NCBI GenBank assembly: GCA_964016885.1 | Contig: OZ024748.1 | Coordinates: 20,212,001 to 20,276,000, forward strand | Length of the DNA: 64,000 bases | Reading direction: 5' to 3' | Origin: Eledone cirrhosa | Taxonomy: Eukaryota | Shown here: in pieces, positions 1 through 15,326 of the stretch | Layout: every line of letters begins with the position of its first letter | Numbering within the stretch: the stretch's first letter is position 1 | Translations under genes and position numbers: made by a program | The notes under the pieces: generated by a model | Database searches by the model: none | Told to the model about the DNA's origin: nothing | Seen by the model: only the letters and a program-made list of their open reading frames with translations

Positions 1-178
1 TCACACTCTAAATGTGGTTGGTGTTAGGAAGGGCATCCAGCCGTAGAAAACCTGCCAGATAGTCCTATATGAGCGAGACACAGTCACCCGACCAACCTTG
101 CCTCAAGTGGGACAACTCCCGTCTAACCCATGTTAGCGTGGAAAATGGACGTTAAACGAAGATGATGATGATGATGAT
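1..178 (+). mobile_element. 3' end of RTE-related retroelement (GGAAGGGCATCC module plus (GAT)n tail), cut by window edge
   Basis: Similar to 50160-50330: cacact(c/g)taaatgtggttggtgttaggaagggcatcc...ggacgttaaacg followed by (GAT)n. Confidence 0.8.
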
Positions 179-2200
<2,022 letters not shown>

Positions 2201-2297
2201 CACCAATGCTCAACTACAAAAGCCAGCACCAAAAGTTAGTTTCATTATCAGGATTGTCATTCATAAATAAGTAGGGCCTAGGTGGATGATAATTAGA

Positions 2298-2337
2298 GAA
2301 GAAGAAGAAGAAGAAGAAGAAGAAGAAGAAGAAGAAG

Positions 2338-2368
<31 letters not shown>

Positions 2369-2433
2369 GGAAGAAAAAGAAGAAGAAGACGAAGAAGAAG
2401 AAGAAGAAGAAGAAGAAGAAGAAGAAGAAGAAG

Positions 2434-2464
<31 letters not shown>

Positions 2465-2657
2465 GGAAGAAGAAGAAGAAGAAGAAGAGGAAGTGGAAGA
2501 AGAAGAAGAAGAAGAAGAAGTGGAAGAAAAAGAAAAAGAAGAAGAAGAAGAAAAAGAAAAAGAAAAAGAAAAAAGAAGAAGAAGAAAAAGAAAAAGAAAA
2601 AGAAGAAGAAGAAGAAGAAGAAGAAGAAGAAGAAGAAGAAGAAGAAGAAGAAGAAGA
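2298..2657. repeat. (GAA)n microsatellite, about 360 bp
   Basis: Nearly pure GAA with occasional GTG/AAA interruptions. Confidence 0.95.
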
Positions 2658-3355
2658 GGTGGAAGCCTGAAGAAATATTTACACTAAACTCTATTCCATA
2701 CAAATGAAGAGAACAAGTGGAATAAAAAAAGAGGGGAAAATTCTAGAAAAAGTGAAAATTAGAAAAAGGCGAGGGTGAAATTTGTAATTGTGAAAAAAAA
2801 ATTAAGAAGAAAAAAATGGTAAAATCTGTTCTCATGGCCAGCCTCTTTGAGTTTTTACAGTGAAAAACTGTCTCTGTTTTCTTCAAAAACACAAAAGCTA
2901 TAGGTTCCTGTTAGCTCTGAGGAACCAAAGTGAGAGAGAGAGACATGCAAAATTTACTGGCGAATATAGCTTTTTAACCCGTTTTGATTAGAAACCACTT
3001 ACAAACGGACCCTGTTTCTAGTTTCTACAATGTGTTTCATTATCATTATCATCACCATCACCACCACTACTACCAAGAAGAAGAAGAAGAAGAAGAATTT
3101 CTTATGTTTTCATCATTTCAAAATGTCTGCTGTTGCTATTTATCAATTCCAACCTTCCATTTCTCTCTTCTATCTCTTTTTATTTCATACCACTTCAACT
3201 ATCTATCTCTATATCTTTCTATATATCTATCTATCTATCTATCTATCTCTCTCTATATATATATATATATCTTTATATATATATATATATATCTTTATAT
3301 ATATATATATATATCTTTCTATCTGTCTGTTCATATATATATCATTCTCTCTCTC

Positions 3356-3410
<55 letters not shown>

Positions 3411-3684
3411 ATCTGTCTTCTGTCTGTCTGTCTGTTCATATATCTATCTATCTAGCTAGCTAGTCTTTCAACCTCAATCTTTCTTGTTATCTTCCCCTGC
3501 ATATACATGCATATGTATGTGTGCATGTATGCATGTAGACAAATAGACACACACACACACACATGCACATATGTATTTTATCCATTAACACAAACACACA
3601 GCCACACACACACACATACATATATATATATATCCCATCATATATGAATATATGTGTGTGTTACACACAAAAACACACACACAC

Positions 3685-3762
<78 letters not shown>

Positions 3763-4039
3763 TCATACATGAATATACATATGTGTGTTACATGCACACA
3801 CGCATACACACACAAGGCTATTTTAATTATGTAAGTAATGTGTTTTGTGTTATGTGTAGATTGTTCATCTCAACAAAAAAAACACTACAAACATATCTGT
3901 TATATTAAGGACTTCCTCATGTCTGTTTAATTGGATTCTGGCATTTCCCTAAAGTAATAAACCGTTCTTGGTCCATCTTGTTGCCACTATTTTACCATCT
4001 TCAACCTGCTGCAAACAATAAACAAACACGCATACATTC

Positions 4040-4087
4040 ACTAGAAAGATTCCAGCAGGTTCTAGTAAAAACCAAACATTCTCTTCT

Positions 4088-4135
<48 letters not shown>

Positions 4136-4856
4136 CATTCACAGGAGAGATTCTATTAGATTCTAGCAAAACCAGGCATTTTCCTATGGGAAAGACTCAC
4201 AAACATTCACAAGAGAGATTTTAGCAGATTCTAGTAAAAACCAGGCATTGTCTTATGGAGGAGACACACTAACATTCACAAGAGAGGTTCTGGCAGATTC
4301 TAGAAAAAACCAGGCATTGTCTTATGGAGGAGACACACATAACATTCACAAGAGAGGTTCTGGCAGATTCTAGCAAAACCAGACGTTGTCTTATGGGAAA
4401 GACACACATAACATTCACAAGAGAGGTTCTGGCAGATTCTAGTAAAAATCAGACATCTTATGGAGGAGGAAACACTAACATTCACAAGAAAGTTTCTGGC
4501 AGATTCTAGTAAAAACAAGACATTTTCTTATGTGAGAGAAACACTAACATCTGACAGATTCTAGTAAAAACCAAACATTCTCTTCTGTGGGAGACACACA
4601 CACACATTTATAAGAGGGGTTTTGGCAGATTCTAGTAAAAACCAAACATTCTCTTCTGTGGGAGACACACACACACATTTAGAAGAGAGGTTTTGGCAGA
4701 TTCAAGTAAAAGCCAGACATTCTCTTCTGTGGGACACACACATTTAGAAGAGAGGTTCTGGCAGATTCTAGTAAAAACCAGACTTTCTAATATGGGGGAG
4801 ACACATAAACATTTTCGAGAAAGATTCTGGCAGATTCTAGTAAAAAACAAACATTC
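4040..4856. repeat. Minisatellite, about 69-bp unit, about 12 diverged copies
   Basis: aacattcacaagagaggttctggcagattctagtaaaaacc recurs at about 4133, 4202, 4271, 4341, 4410, 4477 and onward. Confidence 0.85.
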
Positions 4857-5130
4857 TTCCTAATGCCAACCACATTTACAGTGTGGACAGGGTGTGTTTT
4901 GTTGTGTTACTAACATGACTACCATACAGGGTGTACAGGGTGCTCTTCTCACATCACCAACATAACCACTTTACAGTGTAGACTGGACACTTTTTGTTGT
5001 GTCACCAACACAACCAACTGACAGGGTGAGCTGAGTGCATTTTATCATGGCACCAAAACGACCAATTGACAGGGTGGACTGGGTGCTTTTTGTCATGTCA
5101 CCAACATGACCACTTTACAGGCTGGACTAC
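4852..5130 (-). repeat. Diverged 48-bp array of the RTE/SINE hairpin module
   Basis: cttcctaatgccaaccacatttacagtgtggac followed by accactttacag-like units at about 48-bp spacing. Confidence 0.7.
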
Positions 5131-6369
5131 AGATATTTAGAAGAGTCTGGAAGGAACTGGAGTAATGTGAAATAAAGTGTCTTACTTAAGGTGGTCACAA
5201 ATGTACTGCCTGGTCCAAGAATAGATCTAATGACCCTATGATTGTAAACTGAACACCCTAACCACTAAGCAATGTACCTCAACAACAATAACAACAACAG
5301 TATACAGCTCTCTAGGAACCACAGATATTTAGGAGATTCTGGAAGACTGGAAGCAATGGAGAGTGTTTAAGAATTAGGGAAGACATTAAAATATTGTCAA
5401 AACTTTTCAGTTCTACCTCTTGACTGGGAAATATATTAGGTTTAACTATTTTATTGCCATATTTCTAATAAAAGACACTGCCTATGATTTTCAAATAATC
5501 TTGAAAATAATCAAGAATTTGAAGGGATTTAGTAATATAACTAATTTTCTTATTATTAAACTTCAGTATGGAACATAACTTAACAAAGGTTTGTACACAA
5601 AATTATAAAAGAAGGTTTTGGGGTAAATCTAAACACTTTAAAATGAACAATTTTGTATGATAGTAACTAGTTTAGGGCATAACTTAACAAAGGTTCTTAC
5701 ATAAAATTATAAAGGAAGCTTTTTAGGTAAATATAACCTCTAAGCAATGTACATCAACAACAACAACAACAACAACAGTATACAGCTCTTTAGGAACCAC
5801 AGATATTTAGAAGATTCTGGAAGCCTGGAAGCAAAGGAGACAGTTTAACAATTAGGAAAGACATGTTGACATAGGTCAATGCCCTCAGTAGACATTGTCA
5901 AAAACTATATTGTCTAACATCTACCCAGGAGGGTAGAAGGGTAACACTTCTATTGAAGAACCCATGTGTTTGTAGGGAGGGCCATAGATATATGGGGGAG
6001 GGGGTTTGTCAAAATATGTATGTGTGTGTGTATGTGTATATGTGGGTGCTGGAACAAACTGTGTATGTGTGTCTGTATATGTATGCATGCATATGGGTGT
6101 GTATGTCTGTGTTGGAACAAACTGTATGTGTGTATGTGTGTGTCTGTGTTGGAACAAATTGTATGTGTGTACATGTATGTAGGTGTGTATGTGTATGTAT
6201 GTGTATGTGCGTGTATGTATGTATATATGTGTATGTATGTATGTGTATGTATTTATGTGTGTATTGGAACATACTGCAAGTTAGATAATAGGTGGAAATT
6301 CTTTTTTTGCTTTTTTTTCTTCTCCATTTATTCCCCCACCCCGTCACTCCGCTGTTTTACAGAGGGGCA

Positions 6370-8845
6370 ACACCACTCCACCAATTACATCAACACCACC
6401 ACCACCACCACTACCACTACCAGCATCACTGCCACCTCCAAAACCAACCATCCCACCAATGACATCACCACCACCACCACTGTTAACACCAACTACAAGA
6501 TCAACCACCCCACCAATAGCACCACGACCACCACCACCTCCACTAACAATACCAACCACCCCACCAATGACATCACCACCACTACCAACCACCATCACCA
6601 CCACCACTACCAATACCAACCACCCCACCAATGGCACCACCACCACCACCACCACCATCACCACTACTAACACCAACCACACCATCAACCACCACTACCA
6701 ATACCAACCACACCACCACCACCACCACTACCAATATCAACCACCCCACCAATGGCACCACCACCACCACCACCACCACCACCACTACTAACACCAACCA
6801 CACCATCAACCACCACTACCAATACCAACCACACCACCACCACCACCACCACCACTACTAACACCAACCACACCATCAACCACCACTACCAATACCAACC
6901 ACCACCACCACCACCACCACCACCACCACCACCACCACCACCACCACCACCACCACCACTACTAACACCAACCACACCATCAACCACCACTACCAATACC
7001 AACCACCACCACCACCACCACCACCACCACCACCACCACCACCACCACCACCACTACTAACACCAACCACACCATCAACCACCACTACCAATACCAACCA
7101 CACCACCACCACCACCACCACCACTACTAACACCAACCACACCATCAACCACCACTACCAATACCAACCACCACCACCACCACCACCACCACCACCACCA
7201 CCACCACCACCACCACTACTAACACCAACCACACCATCAACCACCACTACCAATACCAACCACCACCACCACCACCACCACCACCACCACCACCACCACC
7301 ACCACCACCACTACTAACACCAACCACACCATCAACCACCACTACCAATACCAACCACACCACCACCACCACCACCACCACTACTAACACCAACCACACC
7401 ATCAACCACCACTACCAATGGCACCACCACCACCACCACCACCACCACCACCACTACTAACACCAACCACACCATCAACCACCACTACCAATACCAACCA
7501 CCCCACCAATGGCACCACCACTACCACCACCACCACCACCACCATCACCAACCACACCATCAACCACCACTACCAATACCAACCACCCCACCAATGGCAC
7601 CACCACCACTACCACCACCACCACCACCACCACCATCACCAACCACACCATCAACCACCACTACCAATACCAACCACCCCACCAATGGCACCACCACCAT
7701 CACCAACCACACCATCAACCACCACTACCAATACCAACCACCCCACCAATGGCACCACCACTACCACCACCACCACCACCACCATCACCAACCACACCAT
7801 CAACCACCACTACCAATACCAACCACCCCACCAATGGCACCACCACCACTACCACCACCACCACCACCACCACCACCATCACCAACCACACCATCAACCA
7901 CCACTACCAATACCAACCACCCCACCAATGGCACCACCACCACTACCACTACCACCACCACCACCACCACCACCACCATCACCAACCACACCATCAACCA
8001 CCACTACCAATACCAACCACCCCACCAATGGCACCACCACCACTACCACTACCACCACCACCACCACCATCACCAACCACACCATCAACCACCACTACCA
8101 ATACCAACCACCCCACCAATGGCACCACCACCACTACCACTACCACCACCACCACCACCACCACCATCACCAACCACACCATCAACCACCACTACCAATA
8201 CCAACCACCCCACCAATGGCACCACCACCACTACCACTACCACCACCACCACCACCACCACCATCACCAACCACACCATCAACCACCACTACCAATGGCA
8301 CCACCACCACCACCATCACCATCACCACTACTAACACCAACCACACCATCAACCACCACTACCAATACCAACCACCCCACCAATGGCACCACCACCACTA
8401 CCACTACCACCACCACCACCACCACCACCATCACCAACCACACCATCAACCACCACTACCAATGGCACCACCACCACCACCATCACCATCACCACTACTA
8501 ACACCAACCACACCATCAACCACCACTACCAATACCAACCACCCCACCAATGGCACCACCACCACCACCACCACCACCACCACCACCACCACCATCACCA
8601 CTACTAACACCAATCACACCATCAACCACCACTAGCAATACCAACCACACCACCACCATCACCACCACCACCACCACCATCACCACCACCACCACCACCA
8701 CCATCACCATCACTAACACCAACCACACCATCAACCACCACTACCAATACCAACCACCCCACCAATGGCACCACCACCACTACTACCACCACCACCACCA
8801 CCACCACCACCACCACCATCACCAACCACACCACCAACCACCACA
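6370..8845. repeat. Complex (CAC)n-based satellite with 85-100 bp higher-order units
   Basis: Recurrent accaaccacaccatcaaccaccactaccaataccaaccaccccaccaatggc plus variable (CAC)n. Confidence 0.9.
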
Positions 8846-9182
8846 GCCACTATTACTACCACTATTACTATTATTATTATTATTAAGCTATATTATGAAT
8901 AGGAAATTAACTTTGTCCAAAGACAATTCAAAAGGAACATTTTTCTTTTTTTTACATTAAAACCCCCCAAAAAACACAAATAAGATAATATTGTTGATGG
9001 AGACAACCATATGTTAAACAGGGGGTGAGGGAAAGTGCAGAGAGTGGGGACATATACATGTTCTGTATATTTTTTAAGGTGGGGGTGGTGTCCTTTTTTA
9101 ATTCCATCTTTTACCATCTTATTATTGTCCAACCTAAATAACAGCCACTGGCAGAAGAAACATTTTGGGGGCTTTTTTTACT

Positions 9183-9523
9183 GCTCTCTCACATACATAC
9201 ACATTCTCTCTCTCTCTCCGTCTCTCTCTCTCTCTCTCTGTCTCTCTCTTACATACACATTCTCTCTCTCTCTCTCTCTCTCTCTTACATACACATTCTC
9301 TCTCTCTCTCTCTTTCTCTTACATACACATTCTCTCTCTCTCTCTCTCTTACACACACATTCTCTCTCTCTCTTTCTCTCTTACATATACATTCTCTCTC
9401 TCTTTCTCTCTCTCTCTCTCTTTCTCTTACATACACATTCTCTCTCTCTCTCTCTTACACACACATTCTCTCTCTCTCTTTCTCTCTCCTACATACACAT
9501 TCTCTCTCTCTCTCTTACACACA

Positions 9524-9573
<50 letters not shown>

Positions 9574-9640
9574 TACACATTCTCTCTCTCTCTCTCTTAC
9601 ACACACATTCTCTCTCTCTCTTTCTCTCTTACATACACAT

Positions 9641-9673
<33 letters not shown>

Positions 9674-9834
9674 CTCTTACATACACATTCTCTCTCTCTC
9701 TCTCTCTCTCTTACATACACATTCTCTCTCTCTCTCTCTTACACACACATTCTCTCTCTCTTACATACACATTCTCTCTCTCTCTCTCTCTCTCTCTTAC
9801 ACACACATTCTCTTTCTCTCTCTCTCCCTCTCTC

Positions 9835-9867
<33 letters not shown>

Positions 9868-9897
9868 TACACACACATTATCTCTCATTCTCTCTCT
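9183..9897. repeat. (CT)n + ttacatacacatt compound minisatellite
   Basis: Direct inspection. Confidence 0.9.
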
Positions 9898-10065
9898 GTT
9901 ATAGTTATGGGGAAAGAATGGAAGAGAAAAAAATAATATATATATATATATATATAACATATATATATTCAAAGCAATACATGGAGTAATTAAAAAATAT
10001 ATGTGAATGTGTGTGTATATATGTATATATATGTGTGTGACCGTGTGTGTGTGTGGATGCGTGTG

Positions 10066-10135
<70 letters not shown>

Positions 10136-10150
10136 TATATATACATGTAC

Positions 10151-10205
<55 letters not shown>

Positions 10206-10286
10206 CATATATATATATGTATGTACATATATATATATATATATATATATGTATATGTATATAGATATACACATATATATATATAC

Positions 10287-10355
<69 letters not shown>

Positions 10356-11386
10356 TATAATAGAAAAAATAACAATACCTTTAAATAATCTATCCTATTC
10401 TTTTGATTAAAACCTGTGTAATATTTGCAGACCATTTTTTTAGATTTACATATACATATATACATACGTGTGTGTATATATGTATGTGTATATGTACATT
10501 TGTATACACACATTCCCTTTCACTTTGTATTAAATACTTCCTGTTTGGGTGTTTTTTTTACATCTTGCTATAATAACTAAGTCAAGAGGACAAACAATTG
10601 CAGACAGACAGATATATAATGGAAGATTGGTGTTGGTGATGATGATGATGGTAGTGGTGATGGTGATGCTTGTGGTGGTGAAGGAGGAGAACTGAGGTGG
10701 TGATAGTTTGGAGTGGGGTTGGGTCACATAAACCCTTTCATTGCCATATTTTTGATGAAGCACATTGGCAAGATGTTCAAATAATTTTGAAAATAATCAA
10801 GAATTTGGAGGGAGATTCAATAACATAACCAGCTTTTTCATTATTAAGCTTCAGTTTGGAACAAAACTTAACAAAGGTTCTTACATGATGGAAGATAAAT
10901 ATAAACACTTTGAAGTAAACAGCTTTATATCACAGAAACAGGGTCAGTCTCAGTTTGTATGGCACTAAAATGGTAAAATATCATCTTTTATATACACACA
11001 CTCTACAACAGCCAAGGTTTTCTCTCACCTACCTCTCCACTGTAGATATTAACCAAAACATGCTCTAAGATTTTCTTTTTTAAGCCTTTTGAGACTACCC
11101 TTTCTGAAACCATACATGGTTCTATGATACAAAGTTGTTTATTTTAAAGTTTTTGTATTAAAATGTAACCCTTTTGATACCAAATAGCTTGAAATTGTCC
11201 CTTGCTTTAAGGTGTTCATATCTCAATTTAACCCTTTTGATATCAATCCACTTGAAATTGCCCTCTTGTTTTAAAGTCTTCATATTTGAATTTAACCCTT
11301 TTCATACCAATTCACCTAGAATGGCCCCAGGTTTTATGATACAAAGCCATTTATTTCAAGGTGGTTTTATTTATATTTAAACTGTC

Positions 11387-11597
11387 CATTACTCTATATT
11401 TACTATTATATTTTCACGGTAAAGGCTTTATCTCACATAATTATCTCACATAATATCGAATCTATGAGATTTTGATATTATTTATTTTGAGAACAATACC
11501 TTAACGTCAGTATGAGCAGCCAGTTACAGCCAATTTGAATAGAAAAAGGTGAGAGAATTTTGGTCAGATATGGCCAGTTTAAATGCTAAAGGATTAA
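11387..11597 (-). mobile_element. piggyBac-like MITE (copy of 16568-16788), one end truncated
   Basis: Reverse-complement similarity to 16568-16775; ends aaatgctaaagga|TTAA. Confidence 0.75.
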
Positions 11598-11599
11598 AT

Positions 11600-11850
11600 T
11601 TAACCCTTTTCATACCAACTCACCCAGAATAGCACCTGGTTTTATGATACAAAGCCGTTTATTTCAAGGTGTTCTTATTTATATTTAAACTGTCCATCTT
11701 AATCTTATGTAGGAAATGTTTGTTTAGTTATGCTCAAAAAAACACCAGCTTAATGACATAAAAGTTACTTATATCACTGTCTTCAAATTCTTGACTATTT
11801 TCAGAATTGTTAGAAAATCACAGTCAGAAGTACTGTAATAAAAGAGTTAA
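11600..11850 (+). mobile_element. Second TTAA-flanked MITE family; left-end fragments repeated at 11167-11386
   Basis: TTAA|cccttttcatac ... gtaataaaagag|TTAA; (t)taacccttttgata/cata starts also at about 11167, 11228, 11292. Confidence 0.5.
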
Positions 11851-12384
11851 AATATTGTCAAAACTAATCAGTTCTACCTTTTGACTGGGAAATATATTAG
11901 GTTTAACCATTTCACTATCATATTTCTAATAAAAGGCACAGCCTATGATTTTCAAATAATCTTGAAAATAATGAAGAATTTGAAAGGATTTAGTAATATA
12001 ACTAACTTTCTTATCATTAAGCTTGCATATAGAGAATAACTTAACAAAGGTTTGTACATAAAATTATAAAAGAAGGTTTTTTTAGGTAAATATAAACACT
12101 TTAAAACAACCAATGTTGTATGATAGGTAACTAGTTTAGAGCATAACTTAACAAAGGTTCTTACATGAAATTATGATAGAAAGTAAATATAAACACTTTA
12201 AAATAAACAATTTTGCATGATAGAAAACCAGGGCTAGTTTGAGGCAGTTTGGTAAGCGAGAGGTTAATATCTAGCACTTTATTGCCAGCTGGAGCAAGTT
12301 CATGTCACTCAGTCAGGTAGACAGAGCTAATAGAGGTGAGATAGTGTAGCTCTACTACAAACCAATGACATTTTCATCGGGACA

Positions 12385-12690
12385 TTGGTACCCTATGAGT
12401 ACATTAGTACCCCATCAGTACATTGGTACTCTATCGGTACATTAGTGCACTATCGGTACATTGGTTCACTATCAGTACATTAGTACCCTATTGGTACATT
12501 AGTACACTATCAGTACATTGGTACACTAGCAGTATATTAGTACCCTGTCGGTACATTAGTGCACTATCGGTACATTGGTTCACTATCAGTACATTGGTAC
12601 CTTATCAGTACATTAGTACCCTATCGGTACATTGGTGCACTATCGGTACATTAGCACCCTATCGGTACATTAGCACCCTATCGGTACAAC
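12385..12690. repeat. 19-bp minisatellite (ctatcggtacattagtacc), about 16 copies
   Basis: Direct inspection. Confidence 0.9.
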
Positions 12691-13304
12691 TAACATCAAT
12701 ACTCATCCAATTACAATAAATATCAAAACTATTTTAACTGTTTCATTTTATTTCATTTCATATTTTATTTAATATTTTATTTAATTTTATTTTATTTCAC
12801 ATTTTGATTTCAGATTTCCATTTTAGATTTTTTCAAATAAAAGACATATTTCTTTTTATATATATTTTCCCCCTTCAAAATTGCAATGTTGACATTATCA
12901 GTTCCAATAAAAACCAATTTCTATCTAACCTATGGCTATTTCTATTAAAATGGAACATTTTTAACCAATGAATAAGAAAAGAGTCTTTCAAAACAAAAGA
13001 TATTGTTTGTTTGTTGTTATCTAATCTATTTAGAATTCCTTATAAAAGGTTAATGATACATAAATCTGTTCTGATTGACATATTGGGGAATGAGGAGAAA
13101 AACAAAACATCATTGTTGTCTTTCAATTCTGTTTTGTTGTTCACAACTTTATAATTTATGAGGGTAATTAATGTTGTAGTAGTAGTAGTAGTAGTAGTAG
13201 TAGCAGTAGTTGTAGTAGTAGAAGTTGTGGTGGAGATAGTAGTAGCAGCAGCTGTAATAGTTGTAGTAGAAGACTTTGTGGTAATGGTAGTAGTAGTAGT
13301 TGTT

Positions 13305-14145
13305 GGGTTGTACATTTTATCGTGTCACCATCACTACCACTTTACAGTGAGTACTGAGTACATTTTATTGTGTCACCAGCACTACTGCTTTACAGTGAGG
13401 GCTGAGAACATTTTGTTGTGTCACCAGCACTACAACTTTACAGTGAGTACTGAGTACATTTTATTGTGTCACCAGCACTACCACTTTACAGTGAGTACTG
13501 AGTACATTTTATTGGGTCACCAGCACTACCACTTTACAGTGAGTACTGAGTACATTTTATTGTGTCACCAGCACTACCACTTTACAGTGAGTACTGAGTA
13601 CATTTTATTGTGTCACCAGCACTACCACTTTACAGTGAGTACTGAGTACATTTTATTGGGTCACCAGCACTACCACTTTACAGTGAGTACTGAGTACATT
13701 TTATTGGGTCACCAGCACTACCACTTTACAGTGAGGGCTGAGAACATTTTGTTGTGTCACCATCACTACTGCTTTACAGTGAGGGCTGAGAACATTTTGT
13801 TGTCACCATCACTACTGCTTTACGGTGAAGGCTGAGAACATTTTGTTGTGTCACCATCACTACTGCTTTACAGTGAAGGCTGAGAACATTTTGTTGTCAC
13901 CATCACTACTGCTTTACAGTGAGGGCTGAGAACATTTTATTGTGTCACCAGCACTACTACTTACAGTGAGGGCTGAGAACATTTTATTGTATCACCAGCA
14001 CTACTACTTACAGTGAGGGCTGAGAACATTTTGTTGTCACCATCACTACTGCTTTACAGTGAGTACTGAGAATATTTATTGTGTCACCAGCACTACTACT
14101 TTACAGTGAGTACTGAGTACATTTTATTGTGTCACCAGCACAACC
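13305..14145 (-). repeat. 48-bp minisatellite (about 17 copies) of the RTE/SINE hairpin module
   Basis: Unit tgtcaccagcactaccactttacagtgagtactgagtacattttattg; 16-aa periodicity in ORF 13158-13835. Confidence 0.9.
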
Positions 14146-14437
14146 ATAATTAATTTTATATGAGAGAAAAGGTGGATGCTGGTAAGAATTGAACTTAGAA
14201 ATATGAATAACAGGTATTGACCAGATCCTGGTGTAAGTCATTTAGTGGTGTTGCTCTCTATATGACTGAATAAATGTGTGCATGTATGTATGTATGTATG
14301 TATGTGTGTATGTGTGTGTGTATGTATGTATATATATATATATGTATATATATCATTATGTGAGTGTGTATGCATATGTGTGCATGTATATTTATGTACA
14401 TGTGTGTTTAAATACTTGTGTATGTATATGTATACAT

Positions 14438-14534
<97 letters not shown>

Positions 14535-15051
14535 GACAAATATTATTCAAGATTTGATGAAAAGCAGGCAATAATTATAAAGAAGGAGACAAGGTCATTG
14601 AAATCAGAAATGAAATTTCCTATTAAAAACTGTCCATTGTAAGAAATTCACAATGGTAAATCTTCATAAAAGCTAATCTCTATTTCTGTTATTATAACTG
14701 TGTAGCTGTTATTTTTTCTTCTTTTAAAATTCTGTTTCCTCCACCACATACACCCACACACACATGCACGCGCAGACACACACGCACAATCTATTATTTA
14801 CTTTTTAATAATAGATGTTCAGTATTACAAATTTTGATTATATATATATATATATATAATTTTTTTTTTTTTTTTTTTTTATTGGCAGCATGATCCTCCC
14901 CAAAGTATTATATATATATAAATAGTGTGTGGGTAGTATGGTGAAATATTGGTGTAGGTGCCAAATCAAGCATTCTACTCACAGGCAGAGTGTATATAAT
15001 AGAAAAAAAACAAGGAAGTTTTGTTTACAAAAATATATCTTTTGTCACATC

Positions 15052-15143
15052 ACCAGTCTGAGGAGCAGATTGATACCGGAGTCGGGTCCATAGCTCCTAT
15101 GGGTCACCTTGAGCCAATCCTCTGTGAAACATGTGTAACGGGT
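15052..15143 (+). ncRNA. Type I hammerhead ribozyme with extended stem II
   Basis: Stem I ACCAGT/ACGGGT (5 of 6 pairs); CTGAGGA 15058-15064; stem II GCAGA/TCTGT with inner CCATAG/CTATGG hairpin; GAAA 15126-15129; stem III ACA-TG-TGT; GUA cleavage triplet ending 15137. Confidence 0.75.
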
Positions 15144-15261
15144 CGATATGCAATAAGTATTTTTCATATGTAAATGAAACTTACTCATCTTTTTTCTATT
15201 ATATATATATATATATATATACGATATTAACAAATGGAAACTATATTTATAAAACCATATT

Positions 15262-15326
15262 TATTTCATTATACATATTTCAGGGATACCAAGTTAAATT
15301 ATGGTGTGCTTTCATCAGATAAAATA
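15262..15326 (-). ncRNA. Type I hammerhead ribozyme (paralog of 55739-55803)
   Basis: Minus strand: TATTTTAT-CTGATGA-aagcacacca..tggtatccct-GAAA-TATGTAT-A-ATGAAATA; stem I 8 bp with one G-U; base of stem II is imperfect. Confidence 0.7.
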
